From assembly GCA_049273855.1 (NCBI GenBank), contig JBASRN010000295.1, forward strand, positions 3,931 through 67,930: DNA of 64,000 nucleotides. The letters are read 5' to 3'. Each line of letters starts with the position of its first letter. Position 1 is the first letter of the stretch. This document shows positions 49,582-59,530 of the stretch, in pieces. A program made the position numbers and the translations under genes. The stretch comes from Blastocatellia bacterium (GTDB taxonomy: Bacteria > Acidobacteriota > Blastocatellia > UBA7656). The notes below the pieces were generated by a model. That model saw only the letters and a list, made by a program, of their open reading frames with translations, was not told the DNA's origin and ran no database searches.

Positions 49582-52179
49582 TCACTTTGCCGGGATGACA
49601 CTGACAAAGCTAACGATGAACTCTTCGTCTTCAATCGCGCCGAAGCCTATCCGACCGTTTGAAAAAGCTGTGTCGGTCGTGAGACTGAAAGGCTGCGGCT
49701 GTGTAGCCTTGGGATTGCTTTTCAGCTGAATTGAGTGCTTGATCTCGGAGCCGCGGGCCTCGACGATTATGTGAAACTTGTCGCCGGGTATGCTCAGGTT
49801 CTCGGGCACCCGAAGGAGCTTCAGCAGCTTTGACTGCCCTTCCTGATAGAGGAAGGTCCGAAATACGTTTGGCGTCGCGGCGTTAGGACCCGTCAATTGG
49901 AACAGGTAGTAACTCTGTTGGTCCTGGGCGCGAAGGATCCAAACAGCGCCCTTTCCATTCGCGAAGCTGACGTCGAACGCCATCCTGAAATCCTTATAGT
50001 TCGCGTCCTTGATTAGCCCTATGCCCTTCCCCTGTACTCGTAGCTTGCCCGGGCCGGCCTGCCAGGTGGGCGGCGCGTTCCAGGCAGCCGCTGCACCCGT
50101 AAAGTCATCGACAAACTCGGGTGAGAATACCACGCGCGCGAGCGGCAGCTTCAGCTCGGCCGAGCCCACGCTGAACACTTGTAACTTCTCGACCGGCTGG
50201 TATTCATTCTTCTTGATCTTGATCCTGTGTTGCCCCGGAGCGAGGCTCAGCACCTTCAGATCACCTTTTTCGTTGGCGCGCCCACCATAGTTATCGTCGA
50301 TGTAGACTTCGGCCTCCGGTTCCGTCCTCACTATCAAGTTTGCGACTGCCGCTTTGAACTCGGTCGGGATGTACTTGGTCTTGCCGCCTTCGACTTCTAT
50401 GTCCCTGGCCCATTCGTTCTGGTTTGCTTGCACGACCTTGAGCTTGTGCGAGCCAGCAGGGATTTCAAGGAACTCGATCAGCTTGTCTTCACGCTTCACG
50501 TTGAACTTAACGGGCCTTTGTCCGTCGATCAGAACAGTCGCGTCGGGTTCGACGGGGCCTATTTGTACTGAACCGACCAGCGGAGTCAGGTCCACGTTAA
50601 CGGCGTAATCGGTGTCCAGCTTTACTCCCTCCACTCGCCTTGATGCGTACTTGGCCGCGCTCACTTCTATGTCGTAGACGCCAGGGACAAGCTCGGCTCG
50701 AAATTTTCCCTCGGCAGTGCTCTGGCCGCTGATTGATCTTACGGTCGGATCCCTCGGCTTGATAGCGATGCCGGCGGCCGGGGCATTCGTCAGCACGATC
50801 AATACGCCCTTGCTTTGCTTCGGAGGCGCTGAGTCTGTTTTTGGCGTTGGAGGCGGGGGCGGTTGAGTGCGTCTGATGGCCAGCTCGGCGTAGCGGCCGT
50901 TGGGGTATTCCCTCAGATAAATTTGGTAATCAGTGGTACTTTTGGTAGTTTGGATTCTCTCCCAGAGCGAATCTTCAGCCAGCATCACGGCGAGCCTGGC
51001 GTTTTTCCCGTTGGGATAAGTCTTGAGATAGCGTTTGAAGTCTTCGGGGTCTCTGCTGCTTCGTATGGCTTCCCAGGAGGCTTCTTCGGCGAAGACACCA
51101 CTGGGATACTTTCTGAGGTACTCGCGATAACTGGCAACGTTGGCGATGGCCTGGGCTTGTTGCCAGGCATCTCGTTCGATCGACCCGCGGTCGGGTATAG
51201 AGACATCTTCCGCGGCAGCGGTTTTTGCCAGTACCAGGTCGCTCGCCTTGTAGCCCTGAATCACGGCGAACGGTCTCTGCATCTTCCCTGAGCCCAGATC
51301 GAGTTGTATACGCTTGGGCACGGTATCCTGAAGAAAACTAACCAGCCCGCTCAGCGTGACCTCGCCGTTGGGATTCGCCGCGGCGCCTTTCAACCCCTCC
51401 ACAAGCGCCCAGGTGAAGTAGCCTTCCTTCTTTTCGGTGTATTCGTATGCGCGATGACCAACCTCGGTGGCGTACAGTGTTGCGAAAGCCTGGATCTCGA
51501 CATTCCGTTCCTCGAAGTTGAACGCTTGCGTATAGCGTTTTGTGAGCGGGTTGTCCGAGTCACCACGCCCGGCGGAAGGATCGTTTCGACACGCGTCCAA
51601 GATCATCACCACCTGTCCGACCCCGGTCTGGACGATCCTCTTGCGCATCTCTTCCACGTTGATGGCGGTGTCTTCCAGAAGGGTGACGTCGCCGCTCACT
51701 TGAGCATCAGACGGCAGCAGGTAGGCCTGTCCTTCGCGCTCGATTCCGTGGCCCGCGAAGGCCACGAGAAGCAGTCCATCTTTTGGGGCGGCAGTGCGAA
51801 GATTTGAAAGCCTGCGCAGGATGTTTCCTCGGGTGGGTCTGCGCTCCGCGGGTTGATCACCAGTCAGCAGAACTACCTGATCTCTCGGAAAACCGGCGTA
51901 CTGGATCAGCGCGTCGACGATTGCCTTGGCGTCGTTGGTCGCGCCTCCGAGTCTGTTGATCTGGGCATCCTGATACTCGTCTACGCCGATGACGAGCGCA
52001 AAACGTTTTGAGCTGTTGGGTAGAGACACCACGGTCGCGGATGGCCGAACTCGCATTCCACGCCCGTCCTTTGGTGCTTGAGCGCTGTGGCTCATCCCAC
52101 CGCCCGAAACCGCGCAACCGCAAATCAAGAACGCAATTATCAGGAGGTTGGATCGGATGTGAGGACGTTTGGCTATCAT
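49582..52179 (-). CDS. caspase-like (peptidase C14) domain protein with C-terminal PEGA/CarboxypepD-like and DUF1080-like domains, secreted/lipoprotein
   Basis: Caspase His-Cys dyad context (FAGHG...ILDACRND). N-terminal signal/lipobox-like LICGC. C-terminal LamG/DUF1080-like region. Confidence 0.7.
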   Translation of the reverse strand: MIAKRPHIRSNLLIIAFLICGCAVSGGGMSHSAQAPKDGRGMRVRPSATVVSLPNSSKRFALVIGVDEYQDAQINRLGGATNDAKAIVDALIQYAGFPRDQVVLLTGDQPAERRPTRGNILRRLSNLRTAAPKDGLLLVAFAGHGIEREGQAYLLPSDAQVSGDVTLLEDTAINVEEMRKRIVQTGVGQVVMILDACRNDPSAGRGDSDNPLTKRYTQAFNFEERNVEIQAFATLYATEVGHRAYEYTEKKEGYFTWALVEGLKGAAANPNGEVTLSGLVSFLQDTVPKRIQLDLGSGKMQRPFAVIQGYKASDLVLAKTAAAEDVSIPDRGSIERDAWQQAQAIANVASYREYLRKYPSGVFAEEASWEAIRSSRDPEDFKRYLKTYPNGKNARLAVMLAEDSLWERIQTTKSTTDYQIYLREYPNGRYAELAIRRTQPPPPPTPKTDSAPPKQSKGVLIVLTNAPAAGIAIKPRDPTVRSISGQSTAEGKFRAELVPGVYDIEVSAAKYASRRVEGVKLDTDYAVNVDLTPLVGSVQIGPVEPDATVLIDGQRPVKFNVKREDKLIEFLEIPAGSHKLKVVQANQNEWARDIEVEGGKTKYIPTEFKAAVANLIVRTEPEAEVYIDDNYGGRANEKGDLKVLSLAPGQHRIKIKKNEYQPVEKLQVFSVGSAELKLPLARVVFSPEFVDDFTGAAAAWNAPPTWQAGPGKLRVQGKGIGLIKDANYKDFRMAFDVSFANGKGAVWILRAQDQQSYYLFQLTGPNAATPNVFRTFLYQEGQSKLLKLLRVPENLSIPGDKFHIIVEARGSEIKHSIQLKSNPKATQPQPFSLTTDTAFSNGRIGFGAIEDEEFIVSFVSVIPAK

Positions 52180-52376
52180 CTAAGAACTAGCTCAGGGCTC
52201 TCCTTGCTTGTTGCTTCCAGCTTAATAGCGCTTCCGTGACCTGTCAATATGAGTAAAGAAGGTGCTCTCAACTCGTTGACTCGTCGATCTCCCCCGTGTA
52301 TTGTCATCGGAATCATCGAAGATCTGTTTTGAGCACGCAGAACCTCGACGTTCTGTTCGCTACGAAGGCGATTCCC

Positions 52377-54794
52377 ATGCCGCGTGAACACAAGAGCCGC
52401 CGCGAGGTCATTGACGCGATCCGCGAACTTCCATCAACCAGCGAGCTTCTGTCGAAGCACGACGGTCACTTCGACCACGAGCTGGATCTGGAAGTCACCG
52501 TGTATGGCCGCAACTACGGCGGGAAGAAAGTCGGTCCTTACGTACGGTTGCTGACATTCGAGCCGGGCGAGGCCATAGTCACCGAGGGCGAGTGGGGTGG
52601 AAATACGTTCTTTGTGGTGGTGCGCGGCGTGGCCGAGGTCTTCATCGTTACACCGAATAATCAGACTGTGAAAGTAGCTGAGTTGAAGCCGGGGACTCAG
52701 TTTGGCGAGATGAGTGTGCTGGCGGGCGTGCCGCGGAGCGCGACGGTCAAAGCTCCGGCGGGCGGCACGGCGCAGATCCTGGAGATTCAGCGGCCGGCTC
52801 TGCGTCTGCTTCGAAAGCTTCCGGCGTTCGGGGAGGCTCTGGATTCATCTTATCGGTCTCACGGCCGCGACAACATAATCGAGGAACTCAAGCAGGTGGT
52901 CTCGCTGACGCCGCAGATGACTCGGGACCTAAAGACCCTCGCCGCGTTCCGCGTCTTTAGCAAGAATCATGTCCTCTTTCGCGAAAAGGTAGCCGTCGAT
53001 CAGATCTACTTCATAAAGCAAGGTTGGATGCGACGTTCGGAGCAGCCTGACAGCGAAGACTTTCTGGGCCACGGCTTCTGGTTTGGTATCGAAGGGATCT
53101 TGAAGGAAGCTGTGTGGCCGTATTCAGGGACGCTTATGGGACGCACCGAGGTCCTGGAGGTCTCTATCAAGCGGCTGCGCCAGAATGCGCCGCTGCGCGA
53201 GACCCTGGAGCGCGAGCTTATGCGCTTCAGCCCTCCGCGCTTCGGTGCGCTGGTGAGTTCGGTAGCGGCCGTGCGCGAGAAGGAAACCGAGGCCCAGAAG
53301 ACCCTGATCGAAACCGGCCTGGTCGATGCGACCAATCTCCTGGTGATGGACATGGAACTGTGCGTGCGGTGCGGCAACTGCTCGCTCGCTTGTCACAAGA
53401 TCCACGGACAGTCGCGGCTAATGCGTCACGGGATACACGTGACCCGGCTCGAGCGGCCCAGCCCGCGCGCGACTCAAAGCGTGCTCTCACCCGCGGTCTG
53501 TATGCACTGCCAGGATCCGGAGTGTTTGACGGGATGTCCCACCGGAGCTATTGGTCGATTCGGTGGTGGCCACATAGACATCGATGCCAAGACCTGCATC
53601 GGATGCGGTGATTGCGCGACTCAATGCCCCTACAACGCGATCTCGATGATTTCGCGCAAAGGACAGAGCGCGCCTGCGGGTGCGAAGGGTGTTGCATGGA
53701 AGCTTCGCGATTTCCTGCGGCTGACCCCCGACCCGCTTCCCGCTGCTATTGACGCAACGGACGATTTGATGGCGGTGAAGTGCAACCTCTGCAGCGGGAC
53801 TTCGATGAACCCGGCGGGGAGCAAAGAGCCGGCTTACGGTTGTGAAGAGAATTGCCCGACCGGCGCGCTTGCCCGCATCAACCCTCAGGAGTACTTCACC
53901 GAGATCGGCCGTATCGAAGGATTGTTGATGAGGGACCAGACTCACGCCATCGGCCGAAACATCCATCGATCTGATCCGCCTCGGAGAATGATCCACCTGG
54001 CTGGCATCGGTCTGACGGTTGTACTGGCGGCAGTTGCCATAATTGGCATAAGCGAGTTCGGATTGGGTCAGCGGTTGGTGGGCTTTCTCAACATGAGATG
54101 GATCACCGGGCTGGTGGGTCTTTTGGGTATCGCGGCGGTCATGACTTATCCGGTTCGGCGCCAGGTCTATACGAAGCGAAAGGGCGCATTGCGGTATTGG
54201 ATGCTCGCGCATGCCTACGCTGGAGTCATCGCGGGAATAATGATACTTCTGCACGGAGGCACGGATTCGGGCGGCGCGTTGACGACCGTCCTGATGATCT
54301 CTTTCGACCTGGTGGTGCTGACGGGTCTGTTTGGGATCTTCTGCTACCTGGTGGTGCCCCGTCTGCTGACGAGAATCGAAGGCGAGCCATTGTTGATAGA
54401 TGATCTGCTTGCGCGGCGGACTGAACTGCAAAATGAGGTCCGCGACATAGCTGCTTCGTCCGCGGAACCTGTCAAGAAGGTCGTCACTCGGGCGGTGTCA
54501 CGCTACTTGACTTTCGGCTATCTGGTGAAACAGTACCTTTCGCGAGCGCCGCTTGCCGAAATGGTGGAATCGGCTCGGCGCGAGTGTCAACGGGACGCTG
54601 AGACGCTGCCGAACCCGTCGGATCGCAGCAAGTTTGACCGGGCGGTCGCAGCCGCCGCCACGCTGCGGCGACTCGATGCGCTTATCCTGCTCCACCGCAC
54701 GTTAAAGTTGTGGCTGGTGCCTCACGTGGTCTTTACCTCGTTAATGTTAGCGCTGATGCTTGTTCACATCGTACAGGTTATCTATTTCGCCTGA
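52377..54794 (+). CDS. dual cyclic-nucleotide-binding domain protein fused to four 4Fe-4S ferredoxin motifs and a C-terminal polytopic membrane domain
   Basis: Two cNMP-binding beta-barrels (GxxFGEM...). CVRCGNCSLAC, CMHCQDPECLTGC, CIGCGDCATQC and CNLCSG...CEENC clusters. About 5 TM helices at the C-terminus. Confidence 0.75.
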   Translation: MPREHKSRREVIDAIRELPSTSELLSKHDGHFDHELDLEVTVYGRNYGGKKVGPYVRLLTFEPGEAIVTEGEWGGNTFFVVVRGVAEVFIVTPNNQTVKVAELKPGTQFGEMSVLAGVPRSATVKAPAGGTAQILEIQRPALRLLRKLPAFGEALDSSYRSHGRDNIIEELKQVVSLTPQMTRDLKTLAAFRVFSKNHVLFREKVAVDQIYFIKQGWMRRSEQPDSEDFLGHGFWFGIEGILKEAVWPYSGTLMGRTEVLEVSIKRLRQNAPLRETLERELMRFSPPRFGALVSSVAAVREKETEAQKTLIETGLVDATNLLVMDMELCVRCGNCSLACHKIHGQSRLMRHGIHVTRLERPSPRATQSVLSPAVCMHCQDPECLTGCPTGAIGRFGGGHIDIDAKTCIGCGDCATQCPYNAISMISRKGQSAPAGAKGVAWKLRDFLRLTPDPLPAAIDATDDLMAVKCNLCSGTSMNPAGSKEPAYGCEENCPTGALARINPQEYFTEIGRIEGLLMRDQTHAIGRNIHRSDPPRRMIHLAGIGLTVVLAAVAIIGISEFGLGQRLVGFLNMRWITGLVGLLGIAAVMTYPVRRQVYTKRKGALRYWMLAHAYAGVIAGIMILLHGGTDSGGALTTVLMISFDLVVLTGLFGIFCYLVVPRLLTRIEGEPLLIDDLLARRTELQNEVRDIAASSAEPVKKVVTRAVSRYLTFGYLVKQYLSRAPLAEMVESARRECQRDAETLPNPSDRSKFDRAVAAAATLRRLDALILLHRTLKLWLVPHVVFTSLMLALMLVHIVQVIYFA

Positions 54795-54820
54795 ATCGCC
54801 GGCTTTTGCAGGAATTGACG

Positions 54821-57800
54821 ATGGCCGCTAAGAACAGATTCATAATCAAGCGAAACGATTTGACCGTTGATGACGTCGTTGTCGAGAGCGAAGGCCTGAC
54901 GATTGGGCGGCTGATTAGCAATGATCTTTCGCTCAATCACAGGACCGTGTCTCGCACACACGCCGGCATAAAAGAATTCAACGGCGAGTATTGGATATTC
55001 AACCTTTCGTCTTCGAATGGAACGGTGTTGAATGGCGAGCTAGTGGATAGGACTCCGCTGGCTGACGGCGATGTTCTGCAGATCGGCCGTTACATTCTCA
55101 GGCTTAAATACGTCCAGGACGCTCTGGCAGTTACGGTGGAGATGGAGCCGGAGGCTCAGTTGCAGGACGCGCACGCCGCCGCCGTTCCTACTCCTGCCCA
55201 GGCCCCGGCCCCGGACGAAGCCGGCCAGGCCACCCAGGTCTTTCGCCGCGTCGCAGCTCAACCTCCCAAGGCTCCAACCAGGCAGCTACGTGGCACAGGT
55301 CTCCTGACCGGCGTGCTGGCCCCTCAGGCCGAGCAGGCCCTCATGGTCTTCTGGGAGAAGCGAAAGCGAGAAGCCGGCAAGATCGCCGAGAAGTCGCTGC
55401 TGCATCCCCGAGGCGACCGGCGAGTCGGCAAGTCCCAGTTCAATTGGCGGCCTACGCGAGACCTGCAAAAGCTATGGCGCAAATCGTACTTTGCGTGGGG
55501 CGTTGTAATCGTGGCGGTCGTATCCACCGTCGCATTGTTTGCTCACAGCGATGCTTACTCTCCGGGCGTCATTTCGTCGCCTCACACCGCCACTCAAGTA
55601 AGCGAGCGTGGTATCGCCTTGCGGGCGAACGGCGGCTCATGCACTGAGTGTCACGGCGCAACCACCAGCATTCAAGCCAACTGCACCAGCTGCCATCAGA
55701 CGCAGGCGTTCGAACCTTCCGTTTCCAAAGTCCATACGGACGGCGGGCTCACCTGCGTGAGCTGTCACGGTGAGCACATGGGCGCGAGCTTTCGTCCCGG
55801 TCTTGTTGGCTCGGCTATGTGCGTCAGCTGTCACAACGACACATACAAGTTCAAAGGCCAGCCGATTGGCTCTCCGCATGGGGGCTCGGTGGGGTACCCG
55901 GTAGTCAATCGTCAGTGGCAGTGGACCGGTCTTTCCGAAGCCTCGTGGTCCAAGAAGCGACTTCCAGACACCGCCTCGAAGTACACGCCGCTCGAGCAAT
56001 TCCACGTCCTCCATGTCTCCGGCAGGGAGGAGGGCCGTACTAACTGCACGGATTGTCACTCGGCTGGTCTTCATACCGAAGAAGGACTGCATCAGTCGCC
56101 ACGCGCCACTTGCGCGGCGTGTCATAGCACAACGTTCGACGCGGGAGGAGCGATCTTCGGGCCGAATTGCACTTCCTGCCACGTCCAGCACGGTGGCGAG
56201 AAGGACCTAGTCGCTGCCCTGCGGGTCTCATCGGCGATTGAGGATCAATCGGGCTCTCAAGCGAGTGCTGCGAACATCCCGCAGATTGGAAGTGGCGGCG
56301 CCCAGGTGATTCGTCACGACGACACCGGGGCAAGGTGGAGCTTGAAGTCGGACTTGAACGTCGGCGGATTGCCCTGGTACGGCTGGGCGGGAATGCTGGC
56401 GGTCGTGCCAGTGCTTGGCGTCGCGTTGCTGGCCGCCAACAGCATCCGTCGAAGGAACTTCCTGGCCGGCCCCGCTTCCGAGGCTACCACTCAGGACGAG
56501 GTTCAAAAAGCGGGCACAAAGTTTCTCGATCTCGCAAAACTCAAAGCCGATGGACCGGCTTATCCACACCCTGTCATCGATCCGGTCCTGTGCATAGGGT
56601 GCCACGCATGCGTTGAAGCGTGCCCTCACGATGTGCTCGCGATAGTCAACGGAGTATCCACACCCGTCGCCCTGGACCAGTGCATGGAGGACACTGGGTG
56701 CACTGTTGAATGCCCGACGAGTCCAAAGGCATGCATCATCATCAACGGCACCAAGAAGATCCCCCCTCGCAAAGTGCCCAGCAGAAACCAGCGCTTGATG
56801 ACAAACGTGCCGGGCGTCTACATGGTCGGCGATGTGTCGGGTGTCCCGCTGATCAAGAACGCGATAAATGAAGGCGCGCAGGTTATCGACTATGTGCTCG
56901 AAGACATTCGGAGCCAGGGTGAGGCGAAGGCAGAATACGATGTGGCAATAGTTGGCGTTGGTCCGGCGGGACTGTCGGCTACGGCCATTGCGAAGCAAAG
57001 AGGCTTGAGGTACATAGCCGTCGAACAGGACAAGGTCGTCAGCACAATTCAAAACTATCCCGCAGGCAAGTATGTCTTCTTCAAGCCTGATACGGTGGAC
57101 GCGAAGGGCGGGGTGCCGCTCGAGGGCGTCGGCAATCAAAGAGAAGTCATCCTGAAATCGTGGATGAACTCGATGATGCAGAATGGGATCGAAGTCAATG
57201 AAGACGAGAGCTGCAAGGACATCAAGAAAGAGGACGGCGTCTTCAAGGTCACGACCGAGGCCGGCAAGCTCAAGGAGAAATCGACATACACAGCTCGCGC
57301 GGTGATTCTGGCGATCGGTAATCGGGGCACTCCAATGAAACTCAGAGTACCCGGTGAAGAGCTTACGATGCGAGTCCAACCCGGGCCGATGGTGGCAAGG
57401 CATTGTCCGCAGTGCGGCCAGCCGCGAAGCGGTCAACAGGTCTTCTGTGTGCGCTGCGGCCAGAAGCTTCCGGTCAGAACACCTCCGCCTTGCGACGACT
57501 CCAAGGTCAAGTACAAGTTGTCGGATCCGGACGACTACGTAAACCAGAAGTGCATCATTGTCGGGGCCGGCAACTCGTCGATCGAGTCCGCCGTTGCTCT
57601 GACCGGGTTCAAGCGCGTGGGCGATCAAGTCACTTTCACTCGTAACAACGAAGTGGCTCTGGTGGTTAGAAGCGATTTCAAGGGCGACTTGAAGCTGGGC
57701 AACAAGATGGACGTGTACGACTGTATGGACGCCGGAAGAATAAAGGTCTTCTTCCGCACCGAGATCAAAGAGATTACCGAGAAGGAAGTTGTGTTGATGG

Positions 57801-57913
57801 ACACGCGCTCGAAAGAGGAGAAGGCCCGGCTGGCAAATGACTACGTATTTGCGCTCATCGGAGGCGAGAAGCCGACAAAGTTTCTTGAAGGCATAGGGAT
57901 CAAGATTGGGTGA
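54821..57913 (+). CDS. FHA domain - TM - heptaheme cytochrome c - TM - 4Fe-4S ferredoxin - FAD/NAD(P) oxidoreductase (with inserted Zn ribbon) fusion protein
   Basis: FHA signature (VSRTHAGI...NGTVLNGE...GDVLQIG). Seven CxxCH motifs. Two TM helices. CIGCHACVEACPHD ferredoxin motif. Two GxGxxG dinucleotide folds. CPQCG...CVRCG ribbon. Confidence 0.8.
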   Translation: MAAKNRFIIKRNDLTVDDVVVESEGLTIGRLISNDLSLNHRTVSRTHAGIKEFNGEYWIFNLSSSNGTVLNGELVDRTPLADGDVLQIGRYILRLKYVQDALAVTVEMEPEAQLQDAHAAAVPTPAQAPAPDEAGQATQVFRRVAAQPPKAPTRQLRGTGLLTGVLAPQAEQALMVFWEKRKREAGKIAEKSLLHPRGDRRVGKSQFNWRPTRDLQKLWRKSYFAWGVVIVAVVSTVALFAHSDAYSPGVISSPHTATQVSERGIALRANGGSCTECHGATTSIQANCTSCHQTQAFEPSVSKVHTDGGLTCVSCHGEHMGASFRPGLVGSAMCVSCHNDTYKFKGQPIGSPHGGSVGYPVVNRQWQWTGLSEASWSKKRLPDTASKYTPLEQFHVLHVSGREEGRTNCTDCHSAGLHTEEGLHQSPRATCAACHSTTFDAGGAIFGPNCTSCHVQHGGEKDLVAALRVSSAIEDQSGSQASAANIPQIGSGGAQVIRHDDTGARWSLKSDLNVGGLPWYGWAGMLAVVPVLGVALLAANSIRRRNFLAGPASEATTQDEVQKAGTKFLDLAKLKADGPAYPHPVIDPVLCIGCHACVEACPHDVLAIVNGVSTPVALDQCMEDTGCTVECPTSPKACIIINGTKKIPPRKVPSRNQRLMTNVPGVYMVGDVSGVPLIKNAINEGAQVIDYVLEDIRSQGEAKAEYDVAIVGVGPAGLSATAIAKQRGLRYIAVEQDKVVSTIQNYPAGKYVFFKPDTVDAKGGVPLEGVGNQREVILKSWMNSMMQNGIEVNEDESCKDIKKEDGVFKVTTEAGKLKEKSTYTARAVILAIGNRGTPMKLRVPGEELTMRVQPGPMVARHCPQCGQPRSGQQVFCVRCGQKLPVRTPPPCDDSKVKYKLSDPDDYVNQKCIIVGAGNSSIESAVALTGFKRVGDQVTFTRNNEVALVVRSDFKGDLKLGNKMDVYDCMDAGRIKVFFRTEIKEITEKEVVLMDTRSKEEKARLANDYVFALIGGEKPTKFLEGIGIKIG

Positions 57914-59475
57914 CGAAGCCCGACGAAGAGATGAAGTACATGCGAAACATCCTTGCGACCGTTTCCTCCTTGATCGTGCTGTGCTGGAGCGTCGCGCAAG
58001 CGCAACAACCGGAGCAAAAGGTTTATTCAGCATCAATCAAGGGCGGTCAGGTCTCGAGCCGGAGTGCGATGCGCGTGGAAGGGGCATACCGCGACATATT
58101 TAACACGAAGCAATGGGGAAACGATTTAGGACACATCTGGAGGGTCTACATTGGGGTTCCGATTAAGTTCATTTGGAGTCACGCCGGCAGATACTCGAAA
58201 GTGGAGCTGGCGGTTCAGGAGCTGTCCCTTTCCGGCGACGGCAAATTGTCTTCGATGCGTGTCAAGGTCAATGGCAGGAAGGCAATTGATTTTGCCGAAT
58301 CGTCCTTCAAGAGGACAATCATCGACATAACAAACTTTGTGGTCCCCGGAGAAAACGTTCTTGAAGTCGCCTCAAAAGAGGGAACGAATCTTCTTCACGG
58401 CGTCCAATCTGTTGAAGTTATTTACCACGCGGCAGCCGACACGGCTCCTCCGCAGGTCACAATCTTCGAGCCTTCGGTTGAGAGAGGGCTGAAGGTTGTT
58501 CGCAAAGAGAAAGCGATAACCGTGAGAGGGCGGGCAACGGATGAAAGCGGGGTCTACGAAGTATGGGTTAATGATGTTGAGGCGAGCCTTTCGGCGAATG
58601 GAGATTTTCAAGCGCAAGTGTTACTGGCCGTCGGAGAAAACCAGATTCGTGTAAGAGCGACGGATACAAAGAAAAACACATCCGAAACTGCGTTTGCAAT
58701 CACCCGCGAATCGGATTCGATAAAGGGTGTGATTCAGCCCGCGGGCAGTGAAGCCGCTTTCATCAGTGGAAGATTCTATGCGCTTATCATCGCGGTGCAG
58801 GACTATCGCGATCCCAGTGTGAATGGCCTGGACCACCCTATTCAAGACGCATCGCGACTGAAAGCCATCCTAACCGGCAACTACAGCTTTGAAGAGAGAA
58901 ATATCATCTTTCTGAGAAACCCAGATCGCGCCACCATTATCGACAAGCTCGACGAATTGACCCGGAAAATAACCGAGAACGACAGCCTGTTGATCTTCTA
59001 TGCGGGGCATGGGTATTGGGATGAAACACTAAAACAGGGATTCTGGCTGCCAAGTAATGCGAAGAGAGACACACGCTCCGAGTGGCTGCCTAACAGCACC
59101 CTGAGAGATTATCTTGGCGGAATCAAAGCAAAGCACACGCTGCTAATCGCGGATGCTTGCTTTAGCGGCAGCATATTCAAGACGCGCGACGCCTTCAGCG
59201 ATGCGCAAGCATCTGTCAAGGAGTTGTATCGGCTGCCCAGTCGCAAAGCGATGACGAGCGGCGCTATGAAGATGGTTCCCGATAAGAGCGTCTTCGTGGA
59301 GTATCTCGTAAAGCGATTGGCTGAGAACCAGCAAAAGTACGTCTCCGCCGAAGAATTGTTCAGCAGTATGCGAAAAGCGATCATCAACAACAGCCCTAAC
59401 AAACAGACCCCGCAATACGGTGAGATTCGGGAGACGGGAGACGAAGGAGGGGACTTTGTTTTCGTGCGGAGGTAG
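57910..59475 (+). CDS. caspase-like (peptidase C14) domain protein, secreted
   Basis: YAGHG...IADACFSG His/Cys dyad. Signal peptide. GTG start overlaps the upstream stop (GTGA). An alternative ATG lies at 57931. Confidence 0.7.
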   Translation: MTKPDEEMKYMRNILATVSSLIVLCWSVAQAQQPEQKVYSASIKGGQVSSRSAMRVEGAYRDIFNTKQWGNDLGHIWRVYIGVPIKFIWSHAGRYSKVELAVQELSLSGDGKLSSMRVKVNGRKAIDFAESSFKRTIIDITNFVVPGENVLEVASKEGTNLLHGVQSVEVIYHAAADTAPPQVTIFEPSVERGLKVVRKEKAITVRGRATDESGVYEVWVNDVEASLSANGDFQAQVLLAVGENQIRVRATDTKKNTSETAFAITRESDSIKGVIQPAGSEAAFISGRFYALIIAVQDYRDPSVNGLDHPIQDASRLKAILTGNYSFEERNIIFLRNPDRATIIDKLDELTRKITENDSLLIFYAGHGYWDETLKQGFWLPSNAKRDTRSEWLPNSTLRDYLGGIKAKHTLLIADACFSGSIFKTRDAFSDAQASVKELYRLPSRKAMTSGAMKMVPDKSVFVEYLVKRLAENQQKYVSAEELFSSMRKAIINNSPNKQTPQYGEIRETGDEGGDFVFVRR

Positions 59476-59530
59476 TGATCAAGCTGCTGGGTTTGACGCT
59501 CTCGGCATAACTCCGCCGCGGGAAGCGCCG

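Noticed and set aside
59420-59530. ATG start at 59420 for the nonaheme cytochrome (as in the ORF track)
   Set aside because: It would overlap the upstream caspase-like gene by 56 nt and yields a non-signal-like N-terminus. The in-frame GTG at 59531 gives a proper signal peptide.
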